DNA of 63,647 bases, filler included, from Reticulomyxa filosa (GCA_000512085.1; 21 parts of 21 records of this genome joined end to end with filler, not necessarily neighbours in it); one strand, 5' to 3'; positions 12,501 to 24,500 are shown, numbered from the whole stretch's first letter. The notes: a model not told the origin generated them from the sequence alone. Program-made: numbers and translations.

Positions 12501-12708
12501 TTTTTCCTTTCAAATTTATGTTGTAATTGAAAAGATTAACAAAATGGTTCAAATCATAAAAAAAAGTCTCTACAATATTAAATGATACCACCAGTACTGA
12601 TTAAGCGCNNNNNNNNNNNNNNNNNNNNNNNNNNNNNNNNNNNNNNNNNNNNTTAATTAATTAANNNNNNNNNNNNNNNNNNNNNNNNNNNNNNNNNNNN
12701 NNNNNNNN

Positions 12709-14304
12709 AGATGTTGTTGAGTTGAGTAGACATGTCAGATGTACTTTTTTTTAAAGTATTCTAACAGCCCCTTTTTTTTAGAACAAATATTTGGATACGA
12801 AAATTGAAAATTTACTTGGAAATGATGGAATGTTTGTATTTTCAACAAATAATCATAATTTTGAAATTATTTTAAAATTCATTTATTCAAATCTTGTTTC
12901 ATGAAAGAAGAAATAAATTCGTTTCAACTGACACATTTAAAAAAATATTTGCTAAAAAGATGATATTATCTGGACAAGTTGTAACAAAAATTGAAAATGG
13001 CAATAAGAATACAAATTCAATTAGATTATTATCATTTGGTGGATTGGCATCCAAGTGTATGTAATTATGAATTATGTAAGTGTTTGGAAAAAAAAAAAAG
13101 GAAAGGAAGAAAAAAAAAAAAAAACGTGTAAATGAATGACCTTTCGCTGCTAAAAGTCAGCAAACAAAAACTTTTGCTAGAAATCAAGATAATTTATCTT
13201 GGAGTTTGTGCATTAATTAGCGTCAAGGATTTTCCATTCAATATGAGTCTAAAAACAACACTTTTAAAATGTTCTACTTTGCTTGAAAGGATAGAATCCA
13301 ATTACAACTGAATTACCGAATGATTGCTTTACTTTTGCTGTAAATTTTGCACTTTGTTAAAAAAATATCAATATATAACAAATCATTTTTCATGGCAGTG
13401 ATGCTTTATCATCAAAATATAAAGCTATGATTTGATTATCGTACTTTGTATTATTTTAAATTAAAACGTATCATCAAAATATATTGTCTAATTCACAACT
13501 CTCACACTTTCTCAAAACTTGAAATTTAGTTGAGAAAGAATATTTGTGCACGAAATAGCGAAGTAAAACAAAAACTATTTTGTATCTTTTCGTTTTGGGC
13601 CACACAGACTTGAAACAATAAAAAAATCATGCAGCTAATGCTTCATACAACAACCAAATCTATTTATCTCAATCAATGCCATAGGCCTTTTTTAGCCAAT
13701 CCCTTACTTGGGGTAGAATTTCTTTGGTTCTTCAACATAAAAAAATTCTGTTTTACACTCTAGTTTTTTTGTAAATCTTTTTCAAAGAAATTAATTTTCG
13801 AATACATTATTATGTGGCACGTACAATGCTAAACTGTCAATTTTTTTATTTTTTCGTCGTGTAAAAATCAACAAATCCGAGCTGTCTTAAAAGTTGGTCA
13901 ACTCAGAATAAGTTTAAGCTTCAATATTTGAGTTTGGCTTTGTCTCTTGAAAAAATTTTTAAAATAAAGTTCTCCCTCCCCTGTCTCAATAGTCAATTCC
14001 TTTTTCCTTTTTCTTTCAGCACAACGAAATAACTAATCTTTTACCAATACTTTTGTTTCTTTGCTGTTGTAATTTTGTTTAGCAAGAAAGAAATAATCCA
14101 AAGAAATTCAATAATAAATCTGCAAATCATTATTCATCTAATCAAGCAAGATTGAATTTTAAAATAGTTAAAAATACAAACATTCCATCATTTCCAAGTA
14201 AATTTTCAATTTTCGTATCCAAATATTTGTTCTAAAAAAAAGGGGCTGTTAGAATACTTTAAAAAAAAGTACATCTGACATGTCTACTCAACTCAACAAC
14301 ATCT
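12709..14304. repeat. Perfect 134-bp inverted repeat (12709-12842 / 14171-14304) including the Kelch start codon
   Basis: The contig start agatgttgttgagttgagtagacat...gtatttt is the exact reverse complement of aaaatacaaac...atgtctactcaactcaacaacatct. Confidence 0.93.
12900..13350 (+). pseudogene. Decayed Kelch-family paralog
   Basis: Remnant peptides NKNTNSIRLLSFGG (~13003-13044) and MNYVSVW (~13067-13087) resemble this Kelch family and are interrupted by stops and frameshifts. Confidence 0.5.
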
Positions 14305-14455
14305 TTCAAACTTTGACTGAATTACCCAAGCCACTAGAGGATTCACAATGTCTTTTATTCAAGGATGAACTCCTTATTTGTGGAGGCTATGAAACTAACG
14401 ACTGTTATTCCTATCATACCCTGAAAAAACAATACAAATACATCTGCTCTTATCC
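14280..14455 (+). CDS. Kelch-repeat protein N-terminus; 3' truncated
   Basis: FQTLTELPKPLEDSQCLLFKDELLICGGYETNDCYSYHTLKKQYKYICSY: Kelch GG...Y motif. Confidence 0.85.
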
Positions 14456-14742
14456 NNNNNNNNNNNNNNNNNNNNNNNNNNNNNNNNNNNNNNNNNNNNT
14501 TAATTAATTAANNNNNNNNNNNNNNNNNNNNNNNNNNNNNNNNNNNNNNNNNNNNCTTAGAAACAAATAATGCACCAGAGTCCCTTCCAAAAAAAAAAAA
14601 GCAAAGATGCATTTCAATATGAAAAAACCTCCCTAGCCACACCACAAACGAAGTTTAATTGTGTAAAAAAAAGGAGGTTAGGCAAATGGCAGCGCAGTGG
14701 ATTTATTTGAAAGAACATCAAAGAAAATCAAAAATGTGGAAT

Positions 14743-15347
14743 TTATGATTTCTTTTGATTTAAGATCATGGATACAATGAGTCCGTACAAACCCAAGGCG
14801 TTGGCAAATGCTTGAATAAGCATAGTTGCAACGAACAATGAAGGCTGTTGCCCGACTGCTCTTAATCCAGACTCGCCTACATCTCCTATTGCATAACCTG
14901 AGGCTGTTTTATTTGTTATTGTTCCCCGCCATCCATGTGAAGGCCACAATTTAATGTGTAACCAATATGTTATATTTATTTGTTTTTTGAAACGAAGAAA
15001 AATATAGGCAGATAAGGAATACCTAAAGAAGAGAAACCACAAGATAAACCAGCAGATAATTGAGCAAATGCGATAAATGGTGTGTAACTGTCCCAGTTTT
15101 TGGAGTTTTGCAAAGCAATAATACTTGTAATCAAACCGTAAATTCCCAGCACACCAGCCATGACCACAGGAATCATATTCCTCATCACTGCGCCTGGATT
15201 CAATACACCCATACTTGCCAGTGCTACACCTGCTTTTGCAATCCCATAGGCTGACCCCAAACACGACAGAGATATTGAAAAGGTAATTCCCAAATACCCA
15301 AACATGGCATATGCCACTGAGGGAAATTCATAAGTCGCTGACGACAT
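14743..15347 (-). CDS. V-type ATPase V0 proteolipid subunit c (16 kDa, c/c'-like) lacking the helix-4 Glu
   Basis: Exons 15347-15023 and 14903-14743 (GT-AG intron 15022-14904). Four TMs with CLGSAYGIAKAG, IPVVMAGVLGIYGLI, ASGYAIG.VG, QQPSLFV...FANALGLYGLIV. Confidence 0.93.
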
Positions 15348-15587
15348 TTTCTTCCTTTCAAGACTTAATTATTAAAAAAGATGAAGTGTTTATAAGAGGG
15401 GTTTTTTGTTCCCTTAAAAAAAAAAAGTTTGGAAAGAAATGTTTCGGAAAATGAGTAATCTACATGTTGCAATCAAAAGCAGAAGGAAGCCATATTTTTT
15501 ATTTTGTGAATCACAAGAAAATTTGACCACCAAAGGCAACTGAAGGGAACACGCTTCATTTGAAAGAAAATATATACAAATTGAGTT

Positions 15588-17726
15588 TTAGTGATTTGGA
15601 GCAATTGATTGTTGCATCTGAGTATTATTGATGACAGATTGGGATCCCCATGCTTTAGAACAACAGCCACAAAAAACTTTGCGAGTTTGCTGAAAAAGCC
15701 ACTTTCGGAATGTTTCCGATTTCATGCGATCGATCTCCCGTTCACCAGGGGCCAAGCTTTCGTCAACATCCACTATAAATTATGCAAAAAAGAAAAAAAA
15801 ATTTGCATGTAACAATTATCTATATACATGTATATAAGAAATACCAAAAGCAGCAATTCTTCCATAGTTTCCACACCAAAGAATATCAGGAGAAAAGGGA
15901 TCATGAGTCCAAGAGACAAGGAACTGTTTCCTGGAATGTTGAGTCATAGGGGTCGACAGTTGCCAGTCAAAGTAGAGTTTTTTGGACTCGACACGACGTT
16001 TCCACACGCTCCAAACCCAAAAGCAAAAGTTGTAAGTGACGAACGCGATAATAAACACAATGGCACATGCCTCATCAAACCAATCGTGTTCGAACCAGTC
16101 TATTGACGTGACCATCAGCAATGCGGATTGAACGACCACACAACAAATGAACAGAAACGATACGATGATATATTTATGTAGCAATGTCAAATAAGGTACC
16201 TATCAATTTCATTGTTTTTTAAACGCATAAAGTCATTTAAAAAAATATTGCTTTGAATATAAAAAAAAACAAAACGTTAGGCAATTGATTGGAAATGACA
16301 AATTGAAAAGCGACGGCGGTCAAAAGCAGAGTGATGGCGAGATTGAGTCGATCACCGCGAGTGGAGGGCTGCGGCAAAGCAAAGCAAGTGAGCGATAACA
16401 GCGTGATGAAAAAGATATAAAAGAGCAAGTTCCAAAAGTAAATGGAATATCTGCGTCTCATTTTGAAGCGCATTTGAAGCAAATGGTATTGCGTGGTGCT
16501 CCGTGATTGGCCGGGGTCACTCCACGCAAACTCGATTCGACTTGTGTGGAATTCCCATTCATCCAACACACTATACGTAGGATCCACTCGCATAAAGTCG
16601 CTCGGTCGTCGTCGTTGCTGTTGTCGATTCGCATCATCACTACTTTTCGTCTTCTCTTCTTGCCCACTCAACGTCGACCTCATTTCATTCGTTCGAAGCT
16701 CGGGTGCAAACGTCGCCAACTTTGCCCCTTGCGATGCACGCATCACTATTGTAAAGTCTTGACAGCTATATTAATACAAATACAGAATAAATAAATAAAT
16801 AAAAAAAAAAAATACATATATATATATATATATGTATATGTATTTTATTTATTTACTTATGTTTATATTGATTTATGTATATGAAAAACATAAATCAAAC
16901 TTGAGCTTAACTCAACTGGAAAGTTCTCCAACTCCAATTCTTCAGCAAATGTCATGTCCGCTTCCATTTTGCATCGTGCAAAATAGGCCCGATTTGGATC
17001 GAATCCCGCCAGCTTTTCGTCAAAGTCTTTCAAGGTGTCCACCTTAAACAGCGCGCCATCGCTAAATGGTACGTCCTCCAATGAGTGGATCTCCACCACA
17101 TTTAAGAATTCATACTTTGGAGTAAATGATGGTATCCAATGCTTTTTCTCTTTTTCTTTTACTTTCTCTTTATCCTTCTTATCTTTCTCCTCTTTATCGT
17201 TGTCGTGGTCCTTTTCTTTTTCTTTTTCTTTCTCTTTCTCCTTCTCCTTCTCCGTATTCTTGTCCTTGTCCTTAACTTGATTGTACACTATGTCCCTTTT
17301 CTTCTTTTTGCTCGCTTGAAAGGCCAAGTAAGACTTGTATTCTTCCAATGACAACAGTGTGTTCATATATATGTGAAATCGACAGCGAAATGTCTCGCGC
17401 ACGTTATCTATGTCACTTATTCGTTTTATCTTTATCCCCACGTATACTCGTCGAGGTTGCTTTGGATCCGCAAAATATAATGTCTCTTCTGTGTTTCTGT
17501 CTTTCCATTTTTTTTTTTCAACGCAAAATTCATATTTATTTCACTCCTTTCCTCTCCTGTTCCCTTCTCACTACTCTTGCTTTTTTAAAAATAGTTTTTT
17601 TTTTTAGCTGTTGACAACGGTTTCTGAAATCACAGCTTGCTTTAATAAATTAGACCATTGAAATTCGTCTTCAAGTTCTTGTTTTTGGGCTGGCTCATCA
17701 ACACCAACCAACACTTTCTCGGTCAT
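15588..17726 (-). CDS. Pentameric ligand-gated ion channel (Cys-less/Pro-loop receptor); multi-exon, start uncertain
   Basis: ECD: VYVGIKIKRISDIDNVRETFRCRF, Pro-loop LENFPVD|CQDF, EW, pre-M1 RR..YFWNL. M2 GDRLNLAITLLLTAVAFQFVIS, M2-M3 LPNVPYLTLL, then M3, a short loop and M4. Confidence 0.9.
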
Positions 17727-17949
17727 TATAATGCTCGAAATTCTTTAGAGTTTTTATCGTACCTTTTTTTTTTTTGTTAAAAAAGTATTTAGAAAAAAAC
17801 AAGGAGCGATATGTCGAATGAAACATTTGAGAGCCAATTGTATTCAACTGTTTTCAACATTGCACAAAAGATTTGGGCCAGTTTTGAGCGCGGAGAAAAA
17901 AAAAAAAGAAACGACCAAGTTTGCTGTTAGTTTGGTGACCATTGAGTAT

Positions 17950-20900
17950 TTATACAACTTGCACTAAACAGATAATGTGATACACTTTCCATTGGACAGA
18001 CATAAGTAAAATGAACTCGTTGCAATTTGTATTGTTACTGTTAGTTCTTTTGCCATTGCTGCAATGGACGATTCTGTGATGTAAATCCCCCCCCCCCGAT
18101 AAAGAAGCAACAGGAATAATGTTAGAATATGGCATATTGTAAAATAAAAAAAGAAGCGACAAGAAGATACGCAACTGATTGCCCAGGTTGTGGCACAGGA
18201 GGAGGACCAGACGAGCCATTTTGCTGACCACCCAGAGGACGAGCAGCTTGCAAAGGCCTTGCACTTTGAACGGGCGATTTTGATTGTGTATTTTGAACGG
18301 GTGATTTTGATTGTGCATTTTGAACAGGCGATTTTGATTGTGCACTTTGAACAGGTGATTTGGATTGAGGCGCAGGTGGTGGTCCAGAGCCATATTTTTC
18401 TTGTTTTTTGCGATAGTATTCATCGTCACTGTCACTATCTTTGTCTTCTTCTTCCTCATTCTTCTGCGGCTTTGATGGTGGCTTTTTGCTGGAAGCAAAG
18501 TTATTTTGGCTTTGAAATTGCTGAGGTGGCCTATTGGTAGAGCTGCCAGTTTGGAAAGAAGAAGGAGGAGGTGGAGGAGGCCCTTCTTCTGTGTCCACCG
18601 TTTTCTCCACTTGCACATAGTTACCCAGTACTTGTTTGACTTGGAAACCTAGTCCTCCAACGTGTTCGGCCACACCAACCACTTGCGATATGTCGCCAAC
18701 CATGGTTTGGTGTGTTTTCTTTTGCAAAGGGTCTGCCGAAGATATGATGTTGGGTTTATTGACGGGCTCCTTTGCGTGGACTCCCAATGCAACTGTAAAG
18801 TCTTTTGCACCACAGATTTGATAGATGCGGTATGGTCTCATGTATTCAAAGATTTTGGGGGTTGTATGCACCATGTCCGTCACAGGCTCAAATCCCCACA
18901 TTAACACACAGCCTTTAACAACCAATACAATATACATTATATGTGTACATATATATATATATATGTATACACATGTACTGCAGAAAGATTGTTTGATGGT
19001 TTATCAAAGCAAACCTAATTTAGTAATAGCAAAGGTACGATCTTCAATACATTCAATTCGAACAATTGGGTCGTCTTTCAATATTTCCACGTGTTTTGGA
19101 ATCCATTGTGTTTCTTCGTTACCATGTCCTAATCGATAATCTGCTCCGACACTAATTTGATATTATATGTCATTCATTACAATGAAATAATATGTACAGA
19201 TATGCACATATGAATATATTGTATTGTAGAATAACCCAAAAGTGAAGACTTCTCCTTGTCTGGACAACAGAGCAGCATGGAAAGGACCAGCGCTCATGTC
19301 GGCTATGGCAGGCATGTTTTCCAAAAACATAGGTTTGGCAGTTTCTGGAATGTCTTGGCCAATGCCCATGCGTCCGTGTTCGTTTATGCCACTTGCGCAA
19401 ACCAGCCCATCGGTGAGCAGAACCAAAGTGTATTGTGTCCCGCATTCCACTTTTGACACACCCAAGTTCTTATCCTCTGTCAACAAACAAATAACAAATT
19501 TGATAATTGATAAGTTTATTTTTTTTAAAAAAAAACAAAAAAAAAACAAACCTTGAACGGAAGGATGAAAATCAACACGGCCAAAAACCTTTTGTTGATT
19601 TTTATCTTCGAATCCGAGCCATGGACCAGGCATTCCCCAGGTGTAGACGTCGACATGAGCGGAGTGCCAAGCCGCAGAATGTGTATTGGAACAAGAAATG
19701 CCGGTGACCCCCAAATTGTTCAAGAACGGTAGTATTTTGGGGGCGTTGACATCGGCGGGCAAATTGGTGAGTTGTTTGGCACCCCACCCAAAGACAGTGG
19801 ATTCCAAAGTCAAGGCCAAGCCGTGACGAGATGAGCATTCCACTTGAACCACTTTTTGCTTTTTCAATGGATGTAACAAGAAAGGTAAGGTGGATTTCGT
19901 GTCTTTGCCCAATCCCAGAGCAGGGGCAAAATTCGCTTCGCCCCAAACTAATGTCCAATCATTGTCAGTCACTCCAAATGCGTGACTACCATCCTTGGCT
20001 GCTGCGATATACACCAGTCGCTTTTGGCTCAATGTTTCATGTCGAAATGGGGATGCTTGATTCGAATGTTGTGGAAACATCTTTTTTAAGTTTTATTTAT
20101 TTCATTTATTTGTTCATTGATTTATTCATTTTTTAAAAAAGAAAGACAACATTGCACTAGCAATTGTTAAAAAAAAAAAAGGCTAAACTCGTGAAGGACG
20201 CGCGTGTCCCCATAGGAAGATAGACGCAGTGTGTTTGCCAGGTTTGAAAGCTTTGTCGAATTTCAGACGTTTTGCTCGCTTCATACCTTGGGCAAACTGT
20301 TGAATGTTGGCTTGCGTTTTCGACGCATCTTCTTCCTTTGTCAGGTCCAATTGCATTTTGGAACCCGATGGCAATATCACACTCGATTGTGTAGGATTTG
20401 CCGCGTTCAATGTACGCGTACTTTTCATTTCGCGTTTTGACACCATTTCTTGACGATTCATCATGCCCTATCATACATAAATACAAACATATATTTTTAT
20501 TATTTGTATATGTATACATACATATGTACACATATTGGTAATTACAAAAAAAAAAAAAAAAAAATAAACTTTTTGACGCATGTTAAGCATTGACTTTGAC
20601 TCGGCCATGGTTTTTAAGTCGTGATAATGCTTGGCTTCTCCAATCATACGCTGACGCATTCTCTCCAATGTATCCACTAAATTCTTAGCTTCGACGTCAT
20701 CTTTCAATTGAAAATGAAAAGGTCTTTCTTGCGAATTTATCTTTTTATATACATATATGTACATAATATTATAATTGATTATTGATACGTATCAAATAAA
20801 ATAAAAAAATAAAAACGTATACGTATTTTTATTTTATTTATTTATTTTTTTTTCTCTCAAATAAAAAAAAAATATTGAATGAAAAACCTGAATAGCTTTT

Positions 20901-21420
20901 TCGTATTGGTCACTCAAAGAAACAAAAATATTGGGCTCCAATAAAGAGATCATATTCAAAGGGAACTGAGACTTATCGTTACTTCGAAAGATTAAGATGC
21001 GATTTTTGACAACGACCATTTGCCTGGATGCCCATTTCAACTTGCCTTTTTTGAAACATTCGGTTTCCAATTCGGCTTTGGCACCAACTCCTATCGCTAC
21101 CTCTTTGAATTTTCCTGCTGGAATGCTGGCCAACAGTTGATGCAATGAGTCGCGGTCTTGCTCACTGTCGCAAAAGAAATGCAATGGCTCTTTGCCATTG
21201 TTGAAAAAAATCATCAATGCATTGTCGTATTTCATATTCGTAAAGACGCACATCACTGATTTAAATGGATACACTGTTGAGTCTTCTTCATGCTGCGCGA
21301 TGTTTATCTCCTGCTTATTGATGTTTATACACACCAACCAACGGTTCTCTTTGTTTGACTTTTGATCATTCGATGTAAAGTAGCCTCCCCACACGAGTAG
21401 ACTTGTGTCCACGTTTTCTG
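17950..21420 (-). CDS. Tandem PH-like domains + RCC1/BLIP-II repeats + Pro/Gln-rich tail; multi-exon, ends uncertain
   Basis: PH-like: KKGKLKWASRQMVVVKNRILIFRS...PFHFQLKDDVEAKNLVDTL. RCC1 repeats: VVQVECSSRHGLALT..VFGWG, VECGTQYTLVLLTDGLVCASGINEHGRMGIG, MSAGPFHAALLSRQGEVFTFG. Confidence 0.85.
18262..18365 (-). repeat. Coding 27-nt tandem repeat (QSKSPVQxA x4)
   Basis: Four near-identical units in the C-terminal exon of the RCC1 protein. Confidence 0.85.
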
Positions 21421-23079
21421 TTCATTTCCAATCATTTTTTTTTATTATTGTTTACAAGTTAAAAGGACAGAAACACCACTTGATCGTGATCTTTTACTTG
21501 TTTTTTGAAAGCACGCAACAAGAAACACAGTTTTCACTTAACGCATGCTCCAATCTTTGCAATTCTTTTCAAAAACTCAAAAAGAAAAAATATTGCAATC
21601 ACCCAAAATTAAAATTTTGCTTTTGGCAGCCCCCCCGCGAAGGGAGAGAAAAATACAGTATTATGTAATACCATTTTGCTATTGACTTTGTAAAGTGTTA
21701 AAAAATTATGTTATTGACCAAAGAACTGTCCCAAAATGTCAACAGACGTCATACTTTTGAGCTAGCTTTTTTCAAAACACTAAAAAAAAAGTTCTTCGAA
21801 GTGTGTTTTTGTTGNNNNNNNNNNNNNNNNNNNNNNNNNNNNNNNNNNNNNNNNNNNNTTAATTAATTAANNNNNNNNNNNNNNNNNNNNNNNNNNNNNN
21901 NNNNNNNNNNNNNNGTGTGTGTGTGTGCGTGAGTACAATTCACAACTTTGGATTTTGATTCGTGAGTATGCTAATATGAGTAATCGTGAAAAAGAAAGGA
22001 AGAACAACAGCGAATACGTCTAGTAATGAAAAATGGTACCCTTCTTCATCGGATTGAGAATCCCAAAAATTGTCGAATGGACCCATGACATTACAAGTTG
22101 GAAATCCAAAGAAGTCGTCATTGGAAGTGCACGCTCATATTCAATGGTATAATGACTTTGATGATATTGAAGCGAATTGCATTAAGTGGACATGTCTCAT
22201 TCTCAACAATTCTTGGCATTTCCGTACAAATGATTCTTTTGAGAGGAAGTATTTGTCAAATTTCTGTGCAGTTGGATAAGATCATTTATTATGTTGCATC
22301 CGTTTACATTCATTTCATATATTAATATAAACGAGAGTTAAATTCATTCAATGTCTCATGGATAGATGATGGTAGATATAATCCTTATGTTATAACTTTT
22401 AGGAATGCAAGGAAACTTTTAAAAGACAAATTAAAAATAAGTGACTATTTGAGTAACGGGACAGATAAATGAATAACTTGTTCATTTCTCATTGACAAAA
22501 GTAGGGACATCATATTTGTGCAATATTGTTATATTATGGAAAATCCTGTGCGCCGAATTCAGTTATGACCAAATGGATTTTAAGCATAACAGATGGAGAG
22601 CTATTTGCAAAGTGTTATTACGATATTATCTAAATACGAAAGACGAGAAGAAAGTGACATGGATTTGCATTGTGAATTAAAAAACGTGAGATTTGCAAAT
22701 TTTGATGAAATTAAAGGAATGGAATTAAGTGTGTCCAATTTTTGCCGTCAGAAAAACAAACAAATGGTATTTTGTGTGACTTCTTTTTGTCTTTTGCAAA
22801 AAAAAAAAGACATTTTTTTGCATTTTTTAAACAATGTTTTTTTAGACAATCAAAGTTGGTAACAAAAAGTGAGCGTTTTAAGTAACCTTGTTTTTTGAAC
22901 CCTAATCAATTTTTTTTATAGTCCCGTTCCCTTCCCCTTCCAATTTAATATTGTTATAAATGAAATTATTATGTGTTTGTTATGTACATAAATGCATATA
23001 TGCACATATACATATATAATGTGTATATATATACATATATATCATTGTGCGAATACCGGAAATGCGCTGAAAAGCGACA

Positions 23080-23360
23080 AGACTCTATTCTTCGTCTCGT
23101 TCGCACAGCCAAAGCACCAAAAGTAAAAGTAAAAGCAAGAGCGACAGAAGCAAAGGCAGACATCGACACAAACATAATGGCCGAGGCAGAAGCAAAAGTA
23201 AAAATCGATCACGCTCGTATTACCGCAGAAGACATGGCCGAAGACCTTCTCCAAACTACTGGCTCATTTGTCCGTTCGAAAAGACAAAGATGAGGATAAG
23301 GACAAGGACAGGGAAAAAGAAACAAAGGACAAGAATGAGAGCGAAAAATCCAAATGAACT
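23080..23360 (+). CDS. Arg/Ser/Lys-rich low-complexity exon fragment
   Basis: A frame not in the ORF track reads SSSRSHSQSTKSKSKSKSDRSKGRHRHKHNGRGRSKSKNRSRSYYRRR after a (TA)n-rich intron-like tract. Confidence 0.4.
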
Positions 23361-24440
23361 GAAACGGAGCGCACAAAGGAAAGACAAGATCACAAAGGCG
23401 GTCCTGCTTCAAAACATGATGGAAATATCTCACCAAATTAAACCAATAGCACCACGGGCTTCAAACAAGAAAAATTAAAGTTGTGTCTCAAAGATGTGAG
23501 AAAAGAAGAAGCAATCTCATTTTTTATTTTTTATTTTTTATTTTTTGATTGGGTCAACATATCACATACACACAGAGGGCGGCACTGGAAAAAATTCAAA
23601 GCAAACACCCAATCGCTTGTGCAAGNNNNNNNNNNNNNNNNNNNNNNNNNNNNNNNNNNNNNNNNNNNNTTAATTAATTAANNNNNNNNNNNNNNNNNNN
23701 NNNNNNNNNNNNNNNNNNNNNNNNNCGTCTCCAATTTCAAAAAATTCTCTCTATTGATGGTCTTCCGTTGTTTGCTAATGATGTTCCATTATCAATATAT
23801 GTATCCATATCCTTATTTTGTCTCTTTTTTAATTCATTTAATTGATTATCCACTAAATTTTGCCAATTTTGAATTAATAAATTAGGATCAGGTAATAATG
23901 ATCCTGTTGTCTTTGTGGATGTTTTCCCAAAATACAGGCTAATAAAAGCAGAAACTCTTTTATGAGCATGTGTTTCTAGACCTGAGTATAGCATCTATCG
24001 ATTACGTCTTCAAAGGGAATATATACAACCCCGTAACAACCTCACTAAAAAATGAAGTTGCTGTCTATACCTTTGTTTGGCCGGCAAGCCTTGCCAAACG
24101 GCTTTCTCGTTTGCACGTACTATCCAAAAGATTCTTTCTTTTAAAAGCTTGTGCCTCAAAGTTGGATGGGGAGTTATTACTGAACCGACGATACCCCCTA
24201 CCCAAATAAACTGCAACAGATAAGTTGCCAAAAAGGAAATAACAAAATGGTTGAAGACACACTCAATTGTACAATATTCAATTACAATAATTTATTTTTT
24301 TAAAAAAATTTCTTTGTTCTTGATTTTCTTGACTTTCTTGAGATTTCTTGGCTTGAAGTTTCTTGACGATCAAAATCTCTAATCTAGATTTTCGAAAAAA
24401 CACTTAGATAGCGAAGTATCTTGCTACTTTAAACGTTATC

Positions 24441-24500
24441 TCCTTCAAAATACAACTTTTTTAACAAAAGTTAATATCGGTGATGAATGGGTCGAAATGA
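24441..24500 (+). repeat. Dispersed ~55-bp repeat with internal AACTTTT-N3-5-AAAAGTT palindrome (copies at ~24441, ~27093, ~34181)
   Basis: The motif ccttcaaaatacaactttt...caaaagtt.atat...tgatgaatg recurs three times across two contigs. Confidence 0.75.

Noticed and set aside
14743-17726. Functional coupling of the adjacent V0 c subunit and pLGIC as a neurotransmission-like module
   Set aside because: Adjacency in a gene-dense eukaryotic contig is not evidence of shared function; conserved synteny or co-expression would be needed.
23737-24262. Short ORFs in GC-richer patches (also 39600-40250, 41500-42280, 44088-44400, 55900-56280, 56780-57400)
   Set aside because: No recognisable motif or consistent splice model. 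They may be gene fragments or pseudogenes, but no call can be supported.
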